From positions 55,864,001 through 55,928,000 of the forward strand of contig OZ249436.1 in NCBI GenBank assembly GCA_965235115.1: a stretch of 64,000 nt of DNA, given 5' to 3'. The DNA is from Laetmonice hystrix (lineage: Eukaryota). The position numbers were made by a program, and so were the translations under genes. This document shows, piece by piece, positions 47,101 through 58,341 of this stretch; within the stretch, counting starts at the first letter, position 1, and each line of letters begins with the position of its first letter. Under the pieces are notes generated by a model. It did no database searches. It saw only the letters and a list, made by a program, of their open reading frames with translations, and was not told the DNA's origin.

Positions 47101-49441
47101 AGCTAGCGGCCATTGTTATTGCTGCTGTCATCTTTATTCCAAGTACATTTTTATTGGTATCTGCTCAATGCATGGCTATAATAATTGACTTATGTATTAT
47201 ACTGATAACGTTAAAGGTATGGGGTTCGACGAGTACGTGGACGTCGGCAAAGATTGTGCAGCTGGGGACCATCTCACAGGGCCTGACGACCACAGAACTG
47301 AACAGTTTTACCTATAACTCCGACATTCTGTCAGCATGGGGACAATATTCAGGTTGGACATCTGCCCAGGTAAGGTTCGATTTATTATCCTATAGTCCCG
47401 ACCCTGTGTCAGCCTCTCCCTATTATTGGTGAGCCCAAGAGTAATGATTTACCTGAACTGTGAGGGAAAGCTTTGCCGATGCTGCTTCTTCCGCTTCTGG
47501 GCAAAACAGGATACACTCCATGAAAAAAGGGTTCAATAAGGTTCTTCCAAAAACCGGTTCTCTGGAGAACCACGAGGTTCTTCAGAAGGGGGAAAGGTTC
47601 TTCATTTACATACATGTACGGTTGCGGCCCCTATGTATTGTGCCTATAGTCATCCCTCAACCCAAGCAGTTTGAAGTGATATATGGGTTAATAGGGCTTT
47701 CTTCAGGGGAAAGAATTAAGTAGGCCTACTAGTAAACACACCCACACAACCACCCACCCCCACTAACCGGTTGTGATGTTCACTTACTATCGTAATTGTA
47801 ACGATGTTGCAGCTGTCCGCCGTCTACAGTACTTGGTTGACCAGCACACAGGCCGGCTCCACTTCTAACGTCGACGGTACCGAACTCCAGTCTCTCGGCG
47901 TGTTCGCGTGTGGTGCAACCAGCAGCCAGATTGCCACTTTAGCTGCTGCTGCCTACAAGGTTGCGGCTCAGAGAGTTGGCGCGTTGACCGTCTGTGACGA
48001 AGCCAAACTTCAGGCGTACGCAACGATGGCGAAAATGAACGCAGCCTTCGGAGCTGTGAGCACGTGGGACGCGTCTACCGTCGCCACGATCGGCACAGTG
48101 ATTGGTACGAAGCGCTTTTAATCCCCTTTTAGAAATATTGACCCATATTTCTTAACCTCAAATAAGTTTTTAAAATAAATATAATGTATATAAAATGTCA
48201 ATGAAACAAGCATCTAAAAATAGTTCTGTCCACGCTGTCAATGGCTTCAGTATAGTTGTTTTCCCGTAGACCTAAGATCACAACTTCAAAAACGGAGAAC
48301 TTGATGAAAGCGACAATTTTGGGTGATTTAACACTTTTTTAAGTTTTGTCATTCCACAGTATAGACTGATCCTAATCTGTCATTTCTTGTAGGTGGACTT
48401 TCGGCCGAAGAAATCGCTTCTCTCAGCTCTACTCAAATTGAGGCAGTCAGCACCAGCACCATTAGAAATATCCCAGCATCTGCCTTCGCCGTGAGTAAAA
48501 CATTCCGAATGGCAATGATCCTTTCAGGTCACTCTCTGGTCATACGATGTTCCGGCTAGATATGTCCGAACGGCTAGTTATGTCCAATAGGAGATATGTC
48601 CGCAAGCATAAGTTATATTGTGTCCGGAGAAATTGATATGTCCGCAAATATTAGCTAGATATGTCAGGAAATGTCAGCTAGATTTGTCCGGTACCGGACA
48701 CATCTGGCTGATATTAGCGGACATATCGGGATTACCGGACACATCTAGCTGATGTTTGAGGACATATCTCCTATTGGACATAACTAGCCGTTCGGACATA
48801 TCTAGCCGGAACACCCCTCTGATATAGGGATACGACACGTAGGCCCTACATGAGTCATGTTTACGCCCCTGGTGCGGATAAAACTGGGACAACCGCCGTA
48901 ACATTGATACCTTGGATCATATCAAATTTCTATAATAGCAGCCCTACATCTGTAATGTGTCTTGTAGGGATTCAGCAGCAGTCAGCTGTCGTCTATGAGT
49001 ACATCTCAGATCCGCAGTATCTCCACCACACAAGCAGCCGCCCTGAGCGAGTCAGCCCAGTCCACACTCACCAGCAGCTCTAACTACATTGGAAGTAAGT
49101 ATCACATACACCATACAATAGTATTATAAAGCCTGTCATGTGGCATTATAAAAAAGATTAGTACTACTTCGATATTTCTGAGTGTTTTATAATTTACCAC
49201 AGAGACTTTAAATCTCGAGTAGTCATAAAAAGGTCAATTATTTCATATCTCTACGAGCCTACTACGTACGCTGTTGATTAAGTTTCAATTGAAAAAGTAA
49301 ACTAATTGAAAGCTGTCTTGTGTTTCAGATACCGCCGCCGGCTCAGACAGTGTAGGGTCTAAGAATAGGTCTGCTGCTGTTAGTTTCAATTTTGTATTAT
49401 ACACGCTTGTTTCCCTCTATACTGCTATGCATAACTTGTAG
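39023..49441 (+). CDS. Otoancorin/stereocilin/mesothelin-family secreted, GPI-anchored protein, about 1332 aa, 24 coding exons
   Basis: Phase-consistent exons: 39023-39056, 39700-39735, 39894-40424, 40764-40915, 41183-41329, 41469-41632, 41917-42097, 42300-42424, 42630-42738, 43211-43414, 43563-43766, 43923-44081, 44232-44447, 44576-44697, 44898-45027, 45340-45542, 45901-45997, 46278-46509, 46763-46932, 47217-47369, 47813-48104, 48393-48490, 48968-49094, 49329-49441. Signal peptide MRASFYIPVLTVLVLATA; family repeats (VSTWDASTVATIGTVIGGLSAEEIASL, LQSLGVFACGATSSQIATL, FLGQQTAWSDAQKEQL); RRRRKR furin site; hydrophobic C-terminal GPI signal. Confidence 0.88.
41126..41170. repeat. (GATT)n microsatellite, about 11 units, just upstream of a splice acceptor
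   Basis: Directly visible; ends about 12 nt before the AG at 41181-41182. Confidence 0.95.
48548..48813. mobile_element. Foldback-type MITE in an intron of the otoancorin-like gene
   Basis: About 54-bp perfect inverted arms TGTTCCGGCTAGATATGTCCGAACGGCTAGTTATGTCCAATAGGAGATATGTCC, with further imperfect symmetry and ATATGTCC subrepeats inside. Confidence 0.85.
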
Positions 49442-50015
49442 GCCCAAAATAGGCCTATATACTGCGTCACCACCTTCTCCACACCGTGTTTTCACCTCGA
49501 AATTTGCGTCCTATCGCCGTCATTTTGGGCGGTCCAGCACGGTTTTTAACCGTGCTGAACCGCCTTCAAAACCGCCCCCGTGTGAGGCCTGCTTTATGGC
49601 CCGATCCCTCAACTTCGGATATCCGTGGCATTTTCTTTTCTCACCGCGTTGCAATGACAATCTGTGCAAATGATGTGTAGGCCAACAGTTCAAAAGCTCA
49701 GTTTGGAATGACAATTCAAATGTTTGCACGTGGGTGTATACGTGGTCACGCTTGATTGACTTTCAATACAGGAAACCCTACCCACTAGTCTACCCATGCA
49801 GGCACATAGGTAGGCTATGCCACGTTTAGAACCTGCAGTCAAAGTTAACTATGCATGTCTCGAAGGTAGGCCTATATCTCAAGAAAAGGGTACTTGCGTT
49901 TCTTTTTTCCGTCAGTATAGATACAAAATTTCCCTGAACTTCCACTGTGGTCTGCTGCTGGATAGGACTGACGTATACCCGCCAAATAAAACTATTCTTA
50001 TAAGGGGATCTTGCA

Positions 50016-50292
50016 ACATTACTATTGTTTGTGACCTTTGTATTATTTGTAAACATATATTAAACTAACATAATAACTATATATTTGTTATCCTTGCTCT
50101 CATGCATGATACAATTTAGGTTTATAATAAGCAATATTATTGATATTATTTCTATGTATCGCACATTACTATTGTTTGTGACCATTGTATTATTTGTAAA
50201 CATATATATTAAACTAACATAATAACTATATATTTGTTATCCTTGCTCTCATGCATGATACAATTTAGGTTTATAATAAGCAATATTATTGA
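50016..50292. repeat. Tandem duplication of an ~128-bp AT-rich segment (period 147 bp)
   Basis: acattactattgtttgtgacc...gcaatattattga at 50016-50143 and again at 50163-50292. Confidence 0.9.
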
Positions 50293-50703
50293 GAATACTC
50301 TTCAACGGAATGTTTCTTTTAGTATAGGCATGCATATGAACCAATGCCTAGGTATAGGCCCCCTATTTATTTAATCTCTGCAACTGGTATTCTGTAATAA
50401 ACATATTTTTAACAGTAAACTATATTTTGTCGTTTATAACGGTCGCTACTATCTCAGTACATGTATCTTGATTCTGGGGCAATGACCTTGTCGACGGAGA
50501 CTGCGGCCGATCCAGCGTTCCTACCATGCAATTTGAATACGCACCATTTGTGGGGGGAGGGCTTTCGGCTTATGGCTTTTCTTTCTGCTAATAATTTTTT
50601 CAAACAAGGGTGTTTTGCCCCCCCCCCCCCCAATCCCCCGGACCGAGAGTAGTATTGGGTCTATCTTTTTTAGCCCCCACAACGGGGGGCTTATAATTCG
50701 ACC

Positions 50704-51508
50704 TCCGTCCGTCCGTCCGTCCGTCCGTCCGTCCGTCCGTCCGTCCGTCCGTCCGTCCGTCCGTCCGTCCGTCCGTCCGTCCGTCCGTCCGTCCGTCCGT
50801 CCGTCCGTCCGTCCGTCCGTCCGTCCGTCCGTCCGTCCGTCCGTCCGTCCGTCCGTCCGTCCGTCCGTCCGTCCGTCCGTCCGTCCGTCCGTCCGTCCGT
50901 CCGTCCGTCCGTCCGTCCGTCCGTCCGTCCGTCCGTCCGTCCGTCCGTCCGTCCGTCCGTCCGTCCGTCCGTCCGTCCGTCCGTCCGTCCGTCCGTCCGT
51001 CCGTCCGTCCGTCCGTCCGTCCGTCCGTCCGTCCGTCCGTCCGTCCGTCCGTCCGTCCGTCCGTCCGTCCGTCCGTCCGTCCGTCCGTCCGTCCGTCCGT
51101 CCGTCCGTCCGTCCGTCCGTCCGTCCGTCCGTCCGTCCGTCCGTCCGTCCGTCCGTCCGTCCGTCCGTCCGTCCGTCCGTCCGTCCGTCCGTCCGTCCGT
51201 CCGTCCGTCCGTCCGTCCGTCCGTCCGTCCGTCCGTCCGTCCGTCCGTCCGTCCGTCCGTCCGTCCGTCCGTCCGTCCGTCCGTCCGTCCGTCCGTCCGT
51301 CCGTCCGTCCGTCCGTCCGTCCGTCCGTCCGTCCGTCCGTCCGTCCGTCCGTCCGTCCGTCCGTCCGTCCGTCCGTCCGTCCGTCCGTCCGTCCGTCCGT
51401 CCGTCCGTCCGTCCGTCCGTCCGTCCGTCCGTCCGTCCGTCCGTCCGTCCGTCCGTCCGTCCGTCCGTCCGTCCGTCCGTCCGTCCGTCCGTCCGTCCGT
51501 CCGTCCGT
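50704..51508. repeat. Perfect (GTCC)n microsatellite, about 200 units
   Basis: Directly visible and uninterrupted. Confidence 0.99.
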
Positions 51509-51599
51509 ATGTCCGTAGACAGCGATTTCTCAGAAGTGTATGGGTCGATTTCTTTGAAACTTCACACAAGGATCAGGGATGAACAGAGGATGATGCACG

Positions 51600-53040
51600 T
51601 GAAACAGATTTTTGATATCATTCAAAATGGCCGCTTGGCGGCCATCTTGGATGTAAACACATTTTGAGCAATAACTCAGCCAAAACAATCACGATTTCTT
51701 TCAAACGTGGTGCAGGGATGAGGCATAATGAGGGCCAATATGCATCACAATAAAATTTCAATTCAGATCCAAAATGGCGAGATGGCGGCCATATTTGTTT
51801 CTTGACCCCCACAATGACACTGTTTTGGCTTATATCTCGAAAACGGTGCAAGATGACGCAATAGTTACTATTATTGATAGATAGGAAGTCATATATGACG
51901 TTTCATTTGGCGCCATTTTCGATGACCTTGAGCGACCTTGAAAGGTCAATCAAGGTCATGCATATTTTCAATAGACTGGATCTTCAAAACAGTTAAAGAT
52001 AACGACATAATCTTGCAAGAAACATTACATAATGATCCGGGACAGTCCACGGATGAGGCAGGTCAAAGATATTTTTGACATCAGTCAAAATGGCCGCGTG
52101 GTGGCCATCTTGGATGTAAACACATTTGCAGTAATAACTCGCACAAAACGATCCCGATTCCTTCCAAGTTTGGTGGAAAAAAGGTGTATATGAGGGGCAA
52201 TGTATGTGCCAATGTATTGCCAGATCAGAGCAAATATGGCGACATGGCGGCCAGATTAATATTTTACCCCCCCCCCCATAACACTGTTTTGGCTCATATC
52301 TCGAAAACGGTGCAAGATAAGGCAATAGTTATTATTATTGACAGATAGGAAGTCATATATGACGTTTCATTTGGCGCCATTTTCGATGACCTTGAGCGAC
52401 CTTGAAAGGTCAATCAAGGTCTTGCATATTTTCAATAGCCTGGATCTTCAAAACAGTTAAAGATGACGACATAATCTTGCATGAAACATTACATCACGAT
52501 CCGGGACAGTCCACGGATGAGGCAGGTCAAAGATATTTTTGACATCAGTCAAAATGGCCGTGTGGTGGCCATCTTGGATGTAAACATATTTGGAGCAATA
52601 ACTCAGACAAAACGATCCCGATTTCTTTCAAATTTGGTGGAAAGAAGGTGTATATGAGGGGCAATGTATATGCCAATGTATTGCCAGATCAGAGCAAATA
52701 TGGCGACATGGCGGCCATATTAATATTTTACCCCCCCCCCCCCCCATAACACTGTTTTGGCTCATATCTCGAAAACGGTGCAAGAAAAGGCAATAGTTAT
52801 TATTATTGACAGATAGGAAGTCATATATGACGTTTCATTTGGCGCCATTTTCGATGACCTTGAGAGACCTTGAAAGGTCAATCAAGGTCATACATATTTG
52901 CAATAGCCTGTACCTCCAAACCAGTTGAAAATAACAACATCTAATCTTGCATGAAACATCACATAATAACCAGGGACAGTCTAAGGATGACACAGGTCAA
53001 ATATATCATTAAAAATGGCTGCTTGGTGGCCATCTTGGAT
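51600..53040. repeat. About three tandem ~465-bp units inside the HINE
   Basis: Marker tatctcgaaaacggtgcaaga at 51833, 52297 and 52765 (periods 464 and 468). Confidence 0.9.
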
Positions 53041-53630
53041 TTAAAGAAGTTCGAAGCAAAATACTCTGGATTTCGTTCTTGCTGACAGAATGCATGAGGG
53101 GCAACAAGCGTGCCAAAAGTACGCATAGTTCCCGGACCCACAGATAATTTGTCCCTATCAGTTGGTTCACGCCAGACAACGCTATCAAACTGTACATAAC
53201 TGACCTCTAAAGGTCAATCGAGGTCAAGCATATCTACAAAACACTTCATGTCGGATAACACTATCAAACTCTATTATTACTGCATAGTTATTGCAGACAC
53301 ATGCATCTTTACGCCGGATAACGCCATCAAGCTGTACATATAACTGCATAGAACTTTACTAAGTTTACAAAGTTTCATTTGACAATATTTCCTTTGCCCT
53401 TCAAAGATCAATTGAAGTCGTGCATCGTTTTTTCAAGAATCCATAGTTCGTGGTGGGGGCTATAAGCTTCACAAGCTTGTTTTAAATAATTTCTTTTTTT
53501 ACCCAAGACATTTATAACTACCGACCTATACAGAACAAGAGATTTACAATGATACAAAAACAAGACATTTACAATGATACAAAAATGAGACATCTACAAT
53601 GATACAAAACAGGACATTTACAATGATACA

Positions 53631-54017
53631 CATAGGCGTAGGAACCGGGGGGCAGGGGGGCGTCAGCCCCCCCCCCCCCCAATATCAAAAGTGGGGGGGG
53701 CTGGAGTGTGTTTCAGCCCCCCCCCCCCAACATTTGGGTGCTTTCTTGGTCGAGGTGGGTTTCATGCTGATTTTCTATGTATCGCGCATAAAAATGATGG
53801 AATTTTGTTGATAGATTTTTCCTCCGAGATGCTCAGAAAACGCGTCTCCGGCATTCCTGAAAGAACATTTCTGGGGGAGGACCCCCAGAACCCCCCCCCC
53901 CCCCCACACACACACACACGGCCCGCCTCGGTGGCCAGGAATTATCAATTATCTCCCCAACCTTCAGCCCCCCCCCCCCACCACCACCACCACCAAAAAG
54001 AGCTTCCTACGCCTATG
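53631..54017. mobile_element. MITE with CATAGGCGTAGGAA termini and poly-C/G tracts
   Basis: 14-bp TIR CATAGGCGTAGGAA / TTCCTACGCCTATG; no clean TSD. Confidence 0.75.
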
Positions 54018-54033
54018 ATAGAAAGCAAGACAT

Positions 54034-54387
54034 CATAGTTGCCAACTCTGCCGCTTTGGGGAACACCGTGTTTCAAGCACTGATGCTGCCTATAGGCCTA
54101 AGGGTCCCGATTACTACAAATATAATACCGCGTCTAGGCCTAGTTGTCATTTTGTTCATATTGGCCTACTTCATGCGAAAGTTAGAGCTGGAAGTCTTGT
54201 TGTTGAATAAATGTTAAAAATTTGACTTTTCGTCTAAATTTTGAGAACTTGATTTTCATCCTAGATCGCAGGAGAATGTAGGTTTCAAAATCTTTCGGGG
54301 GAGCATTAGATCCCCCGAAGAGGCCAGAAAAAGGTCTAGATCTAGGCCTACCGCATTTTCCCTAGCACAGTCATGTTGGCAACTATG
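54034..54387. mobile_element. MITE with CATAGTTGCCAAC termini
   Basis: 13-bp TIR CATAGTTGCCAAC / GTTGGCAACTATG; flanks AGACAT / AGACAG. Confidence 0.75.
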
Positions 54388-54717
54388 AGACAGTTACAAG
54401 TATACAAAATAAGACATAATTTACAATGTGCCTGTGTTTGAAATAAGTTCGCGGGAACGGTCTCGATGCCGGGCTACAGAGCTCCGCTGGTGCCCCCTAC
54501 TGAGCGAGTCGCACAACTGTAGCGAATGGTACGCCACCTGGTGTATATTAGGGAAGTATTCCGAGTCTTAATTTATGCACGTACACTGCCGAAAGTTGCC
54601 GAAGTGTTGTGGTGAAAGGTGCAGGAGCTGCGGATGAATAAACAGTTGTAAATACAAGCTAAAAAGGTATATTAACGGCCGCCCAGACGCTCTGCTGTGA
54701 CGACAGGGTCAGTGAAG

Positions 54718-57700
54718 ATGTCCGACGCAACCGCAGCCTCCCTTCAGTTGCAGAGCAAGAGCCGCGCCATCCCCACGAAGAGAATCACCGTACATGACCC
54801 GTCGCAACTTCCGTCGGACTACAGCACCACACCGGGAGGAACATTGTTTTCGACAACACCAGGAGGTAAAATATTTTGGCATTATCTAAGTCGTATCTTA
54901 AAATACTTCAAAAAAAATCGGTGAATATTATTTCCGTTTATAAATATACTGACAGCATGTGCTGTGTTGGAACGCGCAAGAGCATGTGAAAATTCAATAT
55001 GGCGGAGCGACCATGTGACATTTGTTTTGGGTGAACTGCGTTGCTGCTCGCCACAGCTGGCAGACACGGTAGCCTAACCCCGATTTGAGCCAGCTTAGAG
55101 TGTTACATTACGTTTGTGATATATGTTAAGCTATTTCTTTTTTGTATTATCCCTTGATACATTCTGTTTAAACATCTACATGTGGTAAGTTTGTCCTTGG
55201 GAAGTAGAGTCAAATATTGACCTGTTAAAGTCGCTGAACTTTACGCACTGACGGGTTTTCCGGTGCCGTGGTCTTAATCTGGGGCAATGGCCTGGGATCA
55301 GCCCGGGGCCACCGCTATAACCACGTGGCTGGATCTGTCGTAGTGACGTCATGGATCCGCGTTCTGGTTGCATCATGCATGTTGGGAGCTGTCACAACTG
55401 CTGACAACTTGAACTTGACAGGTTTACCCCCTGTCACAGTGAACTTGAAGTTGAAGTCTGATCAGACGGATGTGATGACATTCCAGTGGGTTATAATTGG
55501 CAGCCTCCATAACAAAGTTAACATATCATAATCAAGCCTCAACTTCTCAAGGGCAGATCCAGATATTTGGAAAGGGGGTCCATGAGGGGAATCTGGCAAG
55601 GGGGGTCCATGGTTAATTTAGAAAGCTCTTGGCCTATAAATGGGATTCCCCCACCCCCCACCCCCCCCCCCCCCCCCCCCCCCCCACGGACCCCCTTCCC
55701 TAGATATATGTCCCTGTATCAGTTTTCGTGTAGGCCCACTAAAAGTATGATGTGCAGCGCTATAACCAGGGTTCTATAAGTGAACCGCGGTGCTCCTCCG
55801 CGCTGACAACTTCATCTGCCACCTTTATTCATCTCAAATGCACCATTTAAAGAGTATGTTTTCAAAAATTTTTCCGGGGGAAGAACCCACCCAGACCTCC
55901 CCCTGGTGGGCTTTGTGCGACTGCACATCTTTGGTGTTTGTCCATCACCTTTCCCCCACTGTGAGAAATATTTCTGGTTAGAACACTATAACGTGGCCAA
56001 ATCTTGCACATGTGTGCCAAGTTGTAGAACTCAGAAATGACAGATCCAGTATTAAAGGGGAATGTTTAAGGAGGGAAATGGAACCAATTTAGAGAGTTAT
56101 ACATACCTGCCAACCCTTCCAGATTCTGCGGAATCTTTCTGCATTTGAATGAGGTATTCCGCATTCCGCATTACTCTCTAAATATTACGGAATCTTAAAA
56201 TTTACAGAATAAGTATAGATTCCCTCCAAATACATGTATGTTAAATCTCTCGCTCATGGCAGAGTTTCACTGGCAAAAAGATCGTTTATGGTCCCGGCCA
56301 TATAACTAGATCTCTACACTAAGTTTAGTAAATCAGAGTTGTGCTTTCTGTCAGTAATGGAGAGGAAGAGAGAGAGAGAGAGACGAACAAAAGAAAGGGG
56401 GCCCATATAAGGTATTTAGAGAGAATATCAAAAGCCAATTTGGGAGGTTGGCAGGTTTCCTGTGAGGTGCTTATTTGTGTGTTGAAAAGTATGGGAAAGC
56501 TCAACTTGAGCTTTCAGTCAAGTCAAAGTTGTGACCTGTGAGTTGCCAATCATGTCACAACCAAATTTTTGCCAGGTTACTAGACCCAGTCAAATTCCGT
56601 GATCCTTGCCAGGAAATTCCGTTTTGAATTTTTAAAATTCCGTTTTTTTTCCGTTTTAGTATTTTCTCAGTATAGAGGGTGTCCCAAAAAATGCACAACC
56701 ATATCTGCACACCTGTCACATTTGCGAGTCCAGTCTGTTTGCTCTAAGAAGAGCTCGAGCATATTCATGACACTCCCACCCCACTCCTCTAGCGGGTCCA
56801 GTCAGGCCAACCCAGGTCCCAGCTACACTGTATACGGTCGGCTGGGGAATTACCTGTAGTAAAAAAAACGTTTTCCGTCATTTTCCGTTTTACACTGGAA
56901 ATTCCGTTTCAGATAGGAAATTCCGTTTCAAATAGTAAATTCCGCGATTCCGTCCGCGATTCCGTGATCGCGGAAATTGACTGGCTCTAGGTTACCACTT
57001 CGGGAATGGCCATTTGGGAGATTACAACTAAAAAGGTGGTATCCATTTGCCCCAAAAGATAGACTCTGGCTCAAAAATTGAGAAATCTGGTAGCCAGCTG
57101 ACTGTGAATGAAAAGTAGGGAGACCTTGAAATACACCGTTTTTTTCCAGGAAATCCCTTTAAAAACATTACATATTTTCAGTCTAAGGAAGACGTCAGAA
57201 TGTCATTTTAACAGCTGTACAATGGTCTGACTGAACCTTGGTTTAAATTGTACAAGGGAACCGACCTGGAATGATGTAGAAAACATTTAATTTCAGGCAC
57301 TCGAATCATCTATGATCGTGCATTCCTGATGCAGTGTCGTAACTCACCACTCGCCAAAAGTCCACCAAACCTGCCCAAGATACCCGGTGTCACCAGCCCA
57401 GGGACTGAGATCAAAGAAAATGGCCACGAGGGAGATAAGATCGTTGGTGAGTGTCTTATGTAATATGTATGACAGAGTTGTGTCAAGTTGACAGGAGTCC
57501 ACTCCAAAAATTGTGAAAAAGGGTGAAATTCTCAAACTATTTCTTTGTGTTGTTGAAAACAGACAATACCACAGCGTTAGAAAAGTCGTTCTATATCAGG
57601 GGTAGAAAAATCCAACTTTTGGCCACGAACCCGGAGTCGTGTTGTTTGCAAAAAGGGCATGCCCGTTGGACTAGTTTAATGCATTTGCTTGGCTCTTGGG

Positions 57701-58341
57701 GGTAATGTCACCCGAAAAACTGCTAGTCCCAGGCGTCGGACTACTGGATTTTTCGACCCTGTATACCTAGATAGCCTATAGGTTAAAAGAATCATTGGGA
57801 GACTCGAGACGCAGGTGCAGCAGGGCATTCCAGGCACATCCACGTGGCTGCAGTACTATCATGCCAATCCCTGCTGTAGCACATTAGCATTGGTTTGGAT
57901 AGGACGATTACAAGGCATTAAGTGTCAATAGTGAACTGGGGTACTGCTAATGCTATATAATTACAACTATTGAGCACTATACAAAATTGGTTTTGTGTAG
58001 CAATAATGCATTTTCCCCCCAACATTTCGCACCATGAGCCGGAACTCCCGGACGATTACTTTTGCCATGTTACAGTTAGATCACTCTATATGTTCAGGGC
58101 TGCCTGACTTTCAGATCTAATGTGGTAGAAAGTCTCTTAGTATTACTGGTAATTATTTGAAAGAGTCTTGGTGCTGTGACTTGAATTCGAGGATCTGTAA
58201 TCTAATACCAAATGTATTAGTCTATGAAGATTATACTTGTAGAATTGTCGTCCAAAGTTGCAACAGTATCTGAATATACCTGGATGTATTTCATATGTTT
58301 CAGAAAATGCTGAAGAGCCTCAGTTTGAAATGGACATCTGA
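54718..58341 (+). CDS. EIF4EBP: Eukaryotic translation initiation factor 4E-binding protein (4E-BP/Thor), 111 aa
   Basis: Exons 54718-54865, 57297-57446, 58304-58341. RAIP motif, [27 protein letters not shown] (YxxxxL-phi eIF4E-binding motif), IPGVTSP, and C-terminal TOS motif FEMDI-stop. Confidence 0.98.
55322..55376. promoter_or_regulatory. Candidate intronic enhancer of 4E-BP (E-box, CRE, C/EBP-ATF site)
   Basis: CACGTG 55322-55327, TGACGTCA 55344-55351 and TTGCATCA 55368-55375 within 55 bp of intron 1. Confidence 0.5.
56581..56989. mobile_element. hAT-like MITE with apparent 6-bp TSD in 4E-BP intron 1
   Basis: TIR TAGACCCAGTCAAATTCC / GGAAATTGACTGGCTCTA; many TTCCGT subrepeats; GGTTAC on both sides (56575-56580, 56990-56995). 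Confidence 0.75.
57597..57761. mobile_element. Short MITE in 4E-BP intron 2
   Basis: CAGGGGTAGAAAAATCCA / TGGATTTTTCGACCCTG imperfect TIRs. Confidence 0.6.

Larger units (their letters stand above)
50671..53480 (+). mobile_element. Helentron-associated non-autonomous element (HINE/DINE-1-like), about 2.8 kb
   Basis: T-run insertion context; 5' subTIR TAGCCCCCAC with a nearby inverted copy GGGGGCTTA; (GTCC)n; internal ~465-bp tandem repeats; 3' subTIR GTGGGGGCTA; terminal hairpin AAGCTT-CAC-AAGCTT followed by GTTTT. This is the canonical HINE layout. Confidence 0.8.

Noticed and set aside
50615..51667. 350-aa (PSVR)n and 292-aa (TDGR)n ORFs
   Set aside because: Translations of the (GTCC)n microsatellite, which has no stop codon in any frame.
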